From the human T2T-CHM13v2.0 reference genome, Homo sapiens: a stretch of 64,000 nucleotides of DNA. The stretch is taken from assembly GCF_009914755.1 (NCBI RefSeq), contig NC_060943.1; one strand, given 5' to 3'. The position numbers and the translations under genes are program-made. This document shows positions 17,796 to 30,702 of this stretch, one piece after another (positions within the stretch are counted from its first letter, which is position 1; each line of letters opens with the position of its first letter). The notes beneath the pieces are model-generated. The model was not told the DNA's origin. It saw only the letters and a list, made by a program, of their open reading frames with translations, and ran no database searches.

Positions 17796-18881
17796 CCACC
17801 CTTCAGTTCTGCAGGTGGGGCTCCTCCCTCCTCCCCAGGCTGCCCCCACCACCCTTCAGTTCTGCAGGTGGGGCTCCTCCTTCCTCCCTCCTCCCCAGGC
17901 TGCCCCCGACCACCCTTCAGTTCTGCAGGTGGGGCTCCTCCTTCCTCCCTCCTCCCCAGGCTGCCCCCGACCACCCTTCAGTTCTGCAGGTGGGGCTCCT
18001 CCATCCTCCCCAGGCTGCCCCCACCACCCTTCAGTTCTGCAGGTGGGGCTCCTCCCTCCTCCCTTCTCCCCAGGCTGCCCCCACCACCCTTCAGTTCTGC
18101 AGGTGGGGCTCCTCCTTCCTCCCTCCTCCCCAGGCTGCCCCCGACCACCCTTCAGTTCTGCAGGTGGGGCTCCTCCCTCCTCCCCAGGCTGCCCCCACCA
18201 CCCTTCAGTTCTGCAGGTGGGGCTCCTCCTTCCTCCCTCCTCCCCAGGCTGCCCCCGACCACCCTTCAGTTCTGCAGGTGGGGCTCCTCCTTCCTCCCTC
18301 CTCCCCAGGCTGCCCCCGACCACCCTTCAGTTCTGCAGGTGGGGCTCCTCCCTCCTCCCTTCTCCCCAGGCTGCCCCCGACCACCCTTCAGTTCTGCAGG
18401 TGGGGCTCCTCCCTCCTCCCTTCTCCCCAGGCTGCCCCCGACCACCCTTCAGTTCTGCAGGTGGGGCTCCTCCCTCCTCCCCAGGCTGCCCCCGACCACC
18501 CTTCAGTTCTGCAGGTGGGGGCTCCTCCCTCCTCCCCAGGCTGCCCCCACCACCCTTCAGTTCTGCAGGTGGGGCTCCTCCCTCCTCCCTCCTCCCCAGG
18601 CTGCCCCCGACCACCCTTCAGTTCTGCAGGTGGGGCTCCTCCCCAGGCTGTCCCTGACCACCCTTCAGTTCTGCAGGTGGGGCTCCTCCCTCCTCCCTCC
18701 TCCCCAGGCTGCCCCAGACCACCCTTCAGTTCTGCAGGTGGGGCTCCTCCCTCCTCCCCAGGCTGCCCCCGACCACCCTTCAGTTCTGCAGGTGGGGGCT
18801 CCTCCCTCCTCCCCAGGCTGCCCCTGACCACCCTTCAGTTCTGCAGGTGGGGCTCCTCCCTCCTCCCTCCTCCCCAGGCTG
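17796..18881. repeat. VNTR, 47-61 bp unit, 19 copies
   Basis: Invariant core ccacccttcagttctgcaggtgggg plus variable numbers of 7-nt cctccyt blocks. Confidence 0.97.
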
Positions 18882-20004
18882 TCCCGAGGCTCCTTGCTGG
18901 GGACCGTCCTGCCTCCCGTCGGGGCCTGCGCTGAGACTGGGCTCCATGCCAGCCGGGGCTGGCTGGCCCCCTCGCTCCAGAGAGCGACCTGCACAGAGTC
19001 CCCTCAGCCATGAGCCCCTGTCCAGACACGGCGTTTCTCTGTGGGTGGCAACAGGCTCTGGGGCCCTCAGCTCTGGGCTCGGGAGCATTTAAGGTGGTGC
19101 AGACTCAGCGAGGGGCTGTGGGCTGGGGTCCCACCATCCCGGGAGCAGGGACTGCGTGTTCCTTCTCAGGACCAGAGGCTTCTGTCTTTTCCCCTGGGGT
19201 AGAAGTTTGCTGCCTGCCCCGTGCCCAGCCTTGCTTAGGTGGCTGTTGGCTCCGCTGGTCCCTCAAGCCCCGCCATTCCCTCCTCAGCTCCGCTCTGCAC
19301 CGAAGGGGATGGGTCCGACCCAGCCTGGCATCATCACAGCCTCGAGTGGCGTCCAGCCTGCCCCGCTCCACCAGTGGCTGCTGGAGAAGAACCCGAGCCT
19401 GGGTCAGGCCCTGGGGGCTCCTGCATCAGTGCCCGGCTCTCCGGGGCCTCCTGCCCTCCGGCCCACTCTCCCCGCTCTCAGCATCAACCAGTCGCCATGG
19501 GCAGGGGCAGCTCGGTGGCTCCTGTGTCCCTGCCTCGGGCCTGCCTGCTGTCATCTGCCTCCCTCCCTCTTTCCCAGAGCGGCCCTGGGCCTGGATACGG
19601 GGACTGTTGTGTGGCCCCTCTGTGTCTGGGGGTGCGACTGCTCCCCTGGCTTCAGGATCCTCAGGGCTTCTACCCGGGATTGGCAGTCATGCTCTCCTGG
19701 CAGTACACTCTCCCACCTGTGCCACCCACCCACCCACCCACCCATCCCGCTTTACAGAAAGCCCCCTGAGCCCTACCCTGTTCGTCCCCAGGCAGCCACG
19801 CCGAGATCTCTGGCCTCTGATGTCATGTGATGTGTGCTTCCCAGCTGGGTTCCGGGCAGGGACGGTGCTCATCATGCCCCGGCCTTCAGAGCTCCTTCCA
19901 GCCCAGCAGTCTCCTGGCTGTGTCCTCTGTGGCCTCCGCCCCGTGTCCTCAGTGGCCCCGCGGGGGCCTTGCCGGTGCTCACCTGTGCCTCTGTTTCTCT
20001 GCAG

Positions 20005-20269
20005 CTGTGAGCCGTGAGCTTTGAGGCGGTGGGATGTGTCAGCAGAATGTCTCCTGCCCCCGAGAGCGACCCCGAGGCCACTGAGAAGAGCAGCGCGGCC
20101 TGGCCGGCCCGAACGCCTGCGTCTCAGTAGCTGGGAGCCACGGGCCCACGCCCGCCCACCGGCCGCAGTGATGTTCTAGCCACAGAGGAGCCAAGACCTC
20201 AGGTTTCCAGAGACTTGGGATTTGCACGGCAGCAGAGTCACCGTGGAGAGGCCAGGGTATCACAAACTT
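20005..20269 (+). other. CSNK1G2: CSNK1G2 exon 2, 5'UTR portion (265 nt)
   Basis: Polypyrimidine acceptor ctgtttctctgcag ends at 20004; contiguous with the ATG at 20270. Confidence 0.85.
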
Positions 20270-20580
20270 ATGGATTTTGACAAGAAAGGAGGGAAAGGGG
20301 AGACGGAGGAGGGCCGGAGAATGTCCAAGGCCGGCGGGGGCCGGAGCAGCCACGGCATCCGGAGCTCGGGGACCAGCTCGGGGGTCCTGATGGTGGGCCC
20401 CAACTTCCGCGTCGGCAAGAAGATCGGCTGCGGCAACTTCGGGGAGCTCCGCCTAGGTGAGGCCCTGCTCGGTGGTAGGTGGGGTCGGGAGGCTGCTGGC
20501 AGGGCCGCCCCGAGTCACCGGAGCCTCTGGTGGGGCCGCCCGGGGTCACTGGAGCCTCTGGCGGGGCCGCCCCATGTCAC
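20050..20580. promoter_or_regulatory. CpG-rich patch over CSNK1G2 exon 2
   Basis: Locally high CpG and GC content. Confidence 0.5.
20270..20456 (+). CDS. CSNK1G2: Casein kinase I gamma 2, first coding exon (exon 2): [10 protein letters not shown]...[15 protein letters not shown], glycine-rich loop
   Basis: CK1 GxGxFG motif (GCGNFG); donor G|gtgagg at 20457; 187 nt, phase 1. Confidence 0.97.
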
Positions 20581-20583
20581 TGG
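20502..20583. repeat. 31-bp tandem repeat, ~2.7 copies
   Basis: gggccgcccc...gtcac(c/t)ggagcctctgg at 20502, 20533, 20564. Confidence 0.8.
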
Positions 20584-21959
20584 CAGGTGCGTTGAATCAT
20601 CAGTCCGTCGTGGTGCGAGTGCCACTTCCCTTCGAGGAGGTTCTGTGGGGAGAGTGGGTTTCTGGCCCTGTCACCTTTTCGGGAAACAGTTCTGTTGGGA
20701 GGCAGGTGGCCCAGAGCAGGCCAGGCCACGCCGCAAGGAGCCCGATGTTAAGTTGTGAATGACTTTCATGGCCCATGTGCACGCTGGGCGAAGCCCCGGC
20801 TTTAACGGCAGGTGCCTGCCCGGCACTCAGCTCGTGGGAGGTCTTGGCCAGCCCGGAGCTGGCGTCAGGTGGCTGGAGTGACTGTTCTGTGGTGATGATA
20901 CTGCTGTGTGCCACTCCCAGCTTCACCATGTAAAAGGCCGCACCTGGCCCACCTGGCTCCGTCCCTTCTGCTCACACCAACCTCTCCCGGGTCGGGGTCT
21001 GATTGCCCGGGCAGGCGTGAGGAGCAGGGCCGAGGACTGAGCCTCTCATTGGCCAGGGGTGCCTTCCCTGGGGTGGGGGTGCCTGAAGATGACCATCAGG
21101 CCTGGGGGAGCTCTGAGCACCTTTGGGGCCGTTCCCAGTCTGTGATTAGCTGGGCCAGGGAGCTGAATCATCCCCGGAAATGTGGTTAAATTTATTGCTG
21201 GTGCTGCCGGAGCTCCTGCGGGAGGGCATTTGGCGTCTGTTGCTGGGGTTGTCCGGGGAACCCAGGTGCACCCCCAGTCAGTGTCTGTCGTGGTGGGAAT
21301 CAGGGTCCCTGGGAAAGAGCGCAGGATGGGCAGGTCCGAGAGGCCACGGCAGTGGATCGGCCTCACGTGGGCACCCATGGCAGGCGGTGCCCATGGCACC
21401 CATGGCAGGCACTCAGCCCGATGAGGTTGTCAGATGAGGGAAACAGGCCCACGCAGTGGTCATGATGTGGCTGCATCTTCAAGAGCGGCCGCCCAGGGGC
21501 GCAGGAGCATGGGCTGTGGCGGCCTGGACCCCAGGCATGTTTTGTGGCCCTGCTTCCCACCTCCTGCCTCACTTTACCCACCTGTTAAATGAGGATGAAT
21601 GGTAGTTGCCACTCGTGGGCAGAAGGGTTCAGCAGGCAGTTATGCGGCAGAAGTGTGTGTCCTATGAGTCAAGCAGCTTCTCCCAGGCGAGGGCAGCTGT
21701 TGGGGTCACTGTTGGCTGTTTCTGTGTTCCCATTGGTTGCACCCAGGGCCCCAGGAGGCCGGGGTTTGAGACCCCACCCGAACCAGATCCCACCCCAGCC
21801 CTTGGGGAGGCTGCTGGGATTCCACCTCTGCGCAGAGGCTGGGCTTGGGCCACGAAGCCTCACTGCCGGTCCGACGGCCTGTGGCTCAGGAGGCCCGGGC
21901 TCCGTTTCTCAGCCAAGAGACTGAGCTTTTCCCAACAGGAGCTGTGGCCTCCCAACCCC

Positions 21960-22122
21960 GTGTGTGTGTGCACGCTCAGACACACGTGCAGACACATGCA
22001 GACATGTACACACGTGCCCACAAATGCACATGTGCACACTAAAGCACACGCACACAGGCGCACACAGCCACAACCACGCATACACAGGCACACAGGCTCA
22101 TCTGCACACACATGCCTGGCAC
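21960..22122. repeat. CA-rich low-complexity tract
   Basis: Degenerate (CA)n/(CACATG)n. Confidence 0.8.
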
Positions 22123-22132
22123 AGCCCCGTGA

Positions 22133-22566
<434 letters not shown>

Positions 22567-22569
22567 GGT

Positions 22570-25008
<2,439 letters not shown>

Positions 25009-26250
25009 TGTGTGGAGTGACGTCTGTGCTGCTTCTTCCTCCCTTGTCACGGTCACACCTCCCTCACTCACCTGTGGGACAGCCTCACTGGGCGTGGCCG
25101 TGGTGTGTGCCGTGAGGTGTGGAGGGTGCCGTCTCCCGGCTTGAGCGCTGAGTTTGTCCCCGTGGCTCACCTTGTTTCTGTCAGGTTGGTTTCAGCGTTG
25201 CTGGGGCAAGGCTGAGGGTAAACATGAGCGACTCCAAGGCCAGGGAGCCCTGTGCCAAGGTGTGGACCTTTTGGGTTCTCAGCTGAAGTAGAGAATCCAG
25301 GGAGGACCCCGCACTCCGGCCATTGGAGCTGTGGCGTCCTCCCTCCTGTGTGTCCCCCGGAACCTCCTGAGCCTCTCTGGAGCTGTTCTCTGCCAGGCCC
25401 CGTGGGCTCTCCTGCCCTCTGCATGCATCGCGAGTACTGCCGGAGGAGGCCCCTTTGGCTTTCAGAGCCCAGAGCGCCCGACCTCCTCCAGGAGTCTGCA
25501 GATCCACAGGCCTCAGATGCTGCCACACCCACCCAGCACACACCCAGGTCTCTGACACGCCAGCCGCACACAGCGGTGGGGTTCAGGCGAAGGTTTCTTC
25601 CACAGTGCAGAGTAGAAGAGCCGGGAAGGACCCCATCACCATCAGATGCATCAGAGCTTCAAAGGCCCGCCCATCAAGACGCTGCCAAGAGCATGAGGCC
25701 AGCCAGGCTGGGGAGGACGTTGGCGAGCATCCGCCTGCCCGTCAGGGAGCCACAGCTGGATGATACATCGACAGACAGCAGAGGGACGGTGTAGCACACA
25801 GGCGAGGGCTTGTCCTCCTCAGCCTGGGGGAGCGCAGCTCAGTGCTTGGTGGTCAGCACGTGACTGACACTTTGCCGGAGAAGGGGACGGCTGCCCGCAG
25901 GAAGAGCTACACAGCCGTGTTCGCCGGAACTCCGCTCTGGAGAGTCAGAACTGGAGACGGGAGGGCGTGCCTCAAGGGCAGATGGGCAAACCAAACCCCA
26001 TCCTCCCTGTGAGCCGCGGCACAGCACCAGGCGGGCACACGCAGCACGACACGGCGAGGAGCCCACCGCAGGGGCAGCCTTTTGGGCGGGGAAGGGGGGA
26101 TGAATCCACTGTGAATCCCACCTCCGAAGGGCAGCGCAGGAAGGACACGCAAATGCTGGACTGAACCTGCAGCTGATTCAGGGGGCAGTGTCCTGAGCTC
26201 TAAAACTTCAAACCTGGGGCAGTGTCCTGAGCTCTAAAACTTCGAAATCT

Positions 26251-26545
26251 GACCAGGCACAGTGGCTCACGCCTGTAATCCCAACACTTTGGGAGGCTGA
26301 TGTGGGCGGATCACCTGACGTCAGGAGTTCGAGACCAGCCTGGACAACATGGAGAAAGCCCATCTCTAGTAAAAATACAAAAATTAGCCAGGTTGATGGT
26401 GCCTGCCTGTAATTCCAGCTACTCAGGAGGCTGAGGCAGGAGAATCGCTTGAACCCAGGAGGCAGAGGTTCCAGTGAGCCGTGATCGCGCCAGTGCACTC
26501 CAGCCTGGGCAACAGAACGAGACTCTGCTCCAAAAAGAAAAAAAC
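26251..26545 (+). mobile_element. AluS with TSD aaaactt(c/t)gaaatc
   Basis: Full dimer; a 34-bp tandem duplication lies immediately upstream (26182-26243). Confidence 0.9.
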
Positions 26546-26753
26546 TTTGAAATCCCTCTAAAAATAAAATGGACCGGTGGATGGTAGCTGTGAGGATGGA
26601 CCGTGTGGCAGGTTTAGTTCTGGGGCCTCGGCAATGAGTGTTGGGTGTTTGGGGCACGGCTCCTGTTGTTTTACGAGGAGAATTTCCTAATAACGTGTTA
26701 CACTGGGGAGAACGTAGGAGGGGAGCCCATTTGTTCTGAAAACGCGGGGACCA

Positions 26754-26846
26754 GCCCTGGTCCCCGGCTCAGGACTGGAGGGGTTGCCCTGGTCCCTGGC
26801 TCAGGACTGGAGAGACCAGCCCTGGTCCCGGGCTCAGGGCTGCAGG
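26754..26846. repeat. ~33-bp tandem repeat, 3 copies
   Basis: ccctggtccc(c/t/g)ggctcagg(a/g)ctg three times. Confidence 0.75.
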
Positions 26847-27149
26847 GAGGCACCTGGTCTTCCCTCGTCCTCACGATCCTGCACCCTCAAGATGCCACGT
26901 TGTTGAGGCTGTTTAGGGAACTTGACAAGCTGATTGGAAACTGTGCTGAAATAGAGCCCAGGTAGTGATGCGGACAGGGCAGTGCCAGAAGGAGCCCCAG
27001 CGATTCCTGTGCTGCAAGGCACGCCCAGGACGGGGCACTAGCCGGGGGAAGAGGCTCTCAGGGCCCAGGTGGGACCCCAGCCTCAGACTATGAGGTCATG
27101 ACTGTGTACAGCTCAGCCACCGGGCTTTGGGACTTTGAATCCACCTTAG

Positions 27150-28268
<1,119 letters not shown>

Positions 28269-28803
28269 GTTCTGGGCCTCGTACCTTCTGCGCTTTCATG
28301 AGACTCAGCCCTGGAAGTCCTATGTGGCTGGTGGCCCCAGGGAACAGGACCTGGGCTCCTCTCTTCTAACCCATGTGGGCCACAGGTCCCTGTCCATCTG
28401 TGCTGGGGCTCACCTGGGGGCCGAGGGCCTCGGGCATGTGGGAGATTTGTCTTTGAGAAAGGGGTGGAGGAGTGTGGAGCCCTTGGGGCTGCCTGCAGGC
28501 CGTGAGAGACCTCCCCAGTGCCGCTTCTGTCCTGGGCTAGGGAGGTGGGGGGGGGCGGGGGAGGAGGAGTGGCAGACACTGAGGCGGTGACCACACGGGC
28601 AGGGTGCAGGTGTCGGGATGACTTGGCAGGCCATGGTGCAGTGCTCTGGCAGGCTGGGCCCAGGCCCTGCTGCTGGGCAGTGGTGTCATTTGGAGGGTGG
28701 TCCTTCAGGGACCCCCTCCTGCCTCCTGCCTCGGGGGTGGGCTGGGGAGGTCGGGGCTAGGTGGGCCCTGCGCTGGCGGTGCTGATGGTCTCTGTCCCCG
28801 CAG

Positions 28804-28844
28804 GAAAGAATCTCTATACAAATGAATACGTGGCTATCAAATTG
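28804..28844 (+). CDS. CSNK1G2: CSNK1G2 exon 3 ([14 protein letters not shown]; catalytic Lys of VAIK)
   Basis: ccccgcag|...|gtgagt; 41 nt; phase matches exon 2. Confidence 0.97.
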
Positions 28845-28940
28845 GTGAGTCGGCCCCTCCACCCCACCCCCGCTGACGTGCCCCCCAGGGATTTCAGGGC
28901 AGCGACCCGGTCCCCTGGTGACTCGCTCTTGTGCCCCCAG

Positions 28941-29010
28941 GAGCCGATCAAGTCCCGGGCCCCGCAGCTGCACCTGGAGTACCGGTTCTACAAGCAGCTC
29001 AGCGCCACAG
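28941..29010 (+). CDS. CSNK1G2: CSNK1G2 exon 4 ([23 protein letters not shown])
   Basis: cccccag|...|gtaccg; 70 nt; CK1 alphaC region. Confidence 0.96.
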
Positions 29011-29100
29011 GTACCGGGCGGCCCGCGGGTGGGGCGGGGGCTGCGCAGGGGCAGGGAGGGGGCTGCCGCCGCACGCCCGTGCGTCTGTCCTCCGCCGCAG

Positions 29101-29249
29101 AGGGCGTCCCTCAGGTCTACTACTTCGGTCCGTGCGGGAAGTACAACGCCATGGTGCTGGAGCTGCTGGGGCCCAGCCTGGAGGACCTGTTCGACCTGTG
29201 CGACCGGACCTTCACGCTCAAGACGGTGCTGATGATCGCCATCCAGCTG
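29101..29249 (+). CDS. CSNK1G2: CSNK1G2 exon 5 ([10 protein letters not shown]...[10 protein letters not shown]...AIQL)
   Basis: ccgcag|...|gtgcgc; 149 nt; CK1 signature [10 protein letters not shown]. Confidence 0.97.
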
Positions 29250-29357
29250 GTGCGCGGCGGGCGGGGCGGGGCGGGGCTCGGAGGGAAGAGGGTGGCCCTG
29301 GAGGGGAGCGCGTGGGACGGGGAGGGGCCCGGCCGACACCGCCGTGCCCCCCTGCAG

Positions 29358-29592
29358 ATCACGCGCATGGAGTATGTGCACACCAAGAGCCTAATCTACC
29401 GGGACGTGAAGCCCGAGAACTTCCTGGTGGGCCGCCCGGGGACCAAGCGGCAGCATGCCATCCACATCATCGACTTCGGGCTGGCCAAGGAGTACATCGA
29501 CCCCGAGACCAAGAAGCACATCCCGTACCGCGAGCACAAGAGCCTGACGGGCACGGCGCGCTACATGAGCATCAACACGCACCTGGGCAAGG
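29358..29592 (+). CDS. CSNK1G2: CSNK1G2 exon 6 ([24 protein letters not shown])
   Basis: ctgcag|...|gtgagc; 235 nt; catalytic loop, DFG and CK1-type SIN motif. Confidence 0.98.
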
Positions 29593-29661
29593 GTGAGCTG
29601 CGCGCGCGCGGCGGGGGGCGGGCGCCCGGACCCCGCTGAGGCTGCGCCCCTGTCCCCGCAG

Positions 29662-29747
29662 AGCAGAGCCGCCGCGACGACCTGGAGGCGCTGGGCCACA
29701 TGTTCATGTACTTCCTGCGCGGCAGCCTCCCCTGGCAGGGGCTCAAG
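29662..29747 (+). CDS. CSNK1G2: CSNK1G2 exon 7 ([12 protein letters not shown]...LPWQGLK)
   Basis: ccgcag|...|gtgggc; 86 nt; EQSRRDD and LPWQGL CK1 motifs. Confidence 0.97.
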
Positions 29748-29817
29748 GTGGGCGAGGAGGCCGGGCAGGCGGGCGGGGACGCAGGGCGGGAGCAAGGCTG
29801 ACCACAGACCCCCGCAG

Positions 29818-29902
29818 GCCGACACGCTCAAGGAGCGGTACCAGAAGATCGGGGACACCAAACGCGCCACGCCCATCGAGGTGCTCTGCGAGAACTTCCC
29901 AG
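29818..29902 (+). CDS. CSNK1G2: CSNK1G2 exon 8 ([12 protein letters not shown]...ENFP)
   Basis: ccgcag|...|gtaagg; 85 nt. Confidence 0.96.
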
Positions 29903-29993
29903 GTAAGGGGTCCCTGCGCCCCCGCCCTGTGCCCCCCACCCCCCACCCCCCACCCCCACCCCCGCCGAGGCCCCGCTGGCGCTCTCTCTGCAG

Positions 29994-30142
29994 AGGAGAT
30001 GGCCACGTACCTGCGCTATGTGCGGCGCCTGGACTTCTTCGAGAAGCCCGACTATGACTACCTGCGGAAGCTCTTCACCGACCTCTTCGACCGCAGTGGC
30101 TTCGTGTTCGACTATGAGTACGACTGGGCCGGGAAGCCCCTG
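29994..30142 (+). CDS. CSNK1G2: CSNK1G2 exon 9 ([21 protein letters not shown]...YDWAGKPL)
   Basis: ctctctgcag|...|gtaggt; 149 nt; end of kinase domain. Confidence 0.97.
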
Positions 30143-30250
30143 GTAGGTGGGGGGGTGCCGGTATGTGGGAGCGGGGGACCGGGAAACTGCCCTGAGGGAG
30201 ATGGGAACCGGCGCTGCAGCCCATCCTGACCCCTGCTCCCTCACCCACAG

Positions 30251-30334
30251 CCGACCCCCATCGGCACCGTCCACACCGACCTGCCCTCCCAGCCTCAGCT
30301 CCGGGACAAAACCCAGCCGCACAGCAAAAACCAG
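30251..30334 (+). CDS. CSNK1G2: CSNK1G2 exon 10 ([10 protein letters not shown]...HSKNQ)
   Basis: cccacag|...|gtgagg; 84 nt, phase 0-0. Confidence 0.93.
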
Positions 30335-30409
30335 GTGAGGCCCGGGCGGGACCGACCGCCCCAGGGAGGGGCATGGGCGGCCAGCGTGACCCCCTACTGC
30401 CCCCACCAG

Positions 30410-30516
30410 GCGTTGAACTCCACCAACGGGGAGCTGAATGCGGACGACCCCACGGCCGGCCACTCCAACGCCCCGATCACAGCGCCTGCAGAGGTGGAGG
30501 TGGCCGATGAAACCAA
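30410..30516 (+). CDS. CSNK1G2: CSNK1G2 exon 11 ([23 protein letters not shown]...DET)
   Basis: caccag|...|gtaagg; 107 nt; conserved CK1-gamma C-terminal segment. Confidence 0.95.
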
Positions 30517-30647
30517 GTAAGGCTCTGGGGCGGTGCCTTCGGGGAGGTGGGGGTGCCCTGGGTCCCCATGGGGGTGGGAGGGCCTGAGGCCTGGGCTGCC
30601 CCCGCCCTGCACCCCGGTCCTCCTACCTGAGCCACTGCCCTCCTCAG

Positions 30648-30702
30648 ATGCTGCTGTTTCTTCAAGAGGAGAAAGAGAAAATCGCTGCAGCGACACAAGT
30701 GA
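30648..30702 (+). CDS. CSNK1G2: CSNK1G2 exon 12 coding part (KCCCFFKRRKRKSLQRHK*), palmitoylation motif
   Basis: tcctcag| acceptor; TGA at 30700-30702; spliced CDS totals 1248 nt = 415 aa plus stop. Confidence 0.96.

Larger units (their letters stand above)
28900..30520. promoter_or_regulatory. Intragenic CpG island over CSNK1G2 exons 4-11
   Basis: Very dense CpG in exons and introns (e.g. cgcgcgcgcg at 29601); several GGGCGG boxes. Confidence 0.75.

Noticed and set aside
17820-18880. PRDM9 13-mer hotspot motif in the VNTR
   Set aside because: The CCTCCCT core is present, but the copies I checked fail the full CCNCCNTNNCCNC pattern at position 10.
19010-20017. 335-aa ATG-initiated ORF ending in CSNK1G2 exon 2
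   Set aside because: Intronic, low-complexity S/P/G/L/C composition, no homology I recognise; consistent with GC-driven stop scarcity.
28686-30463. Long antisense and alternative-frame ORFs over the CSNK1G2 exons
   Set aside because: Shadow ORFs caused by very high GC3 codon usage.
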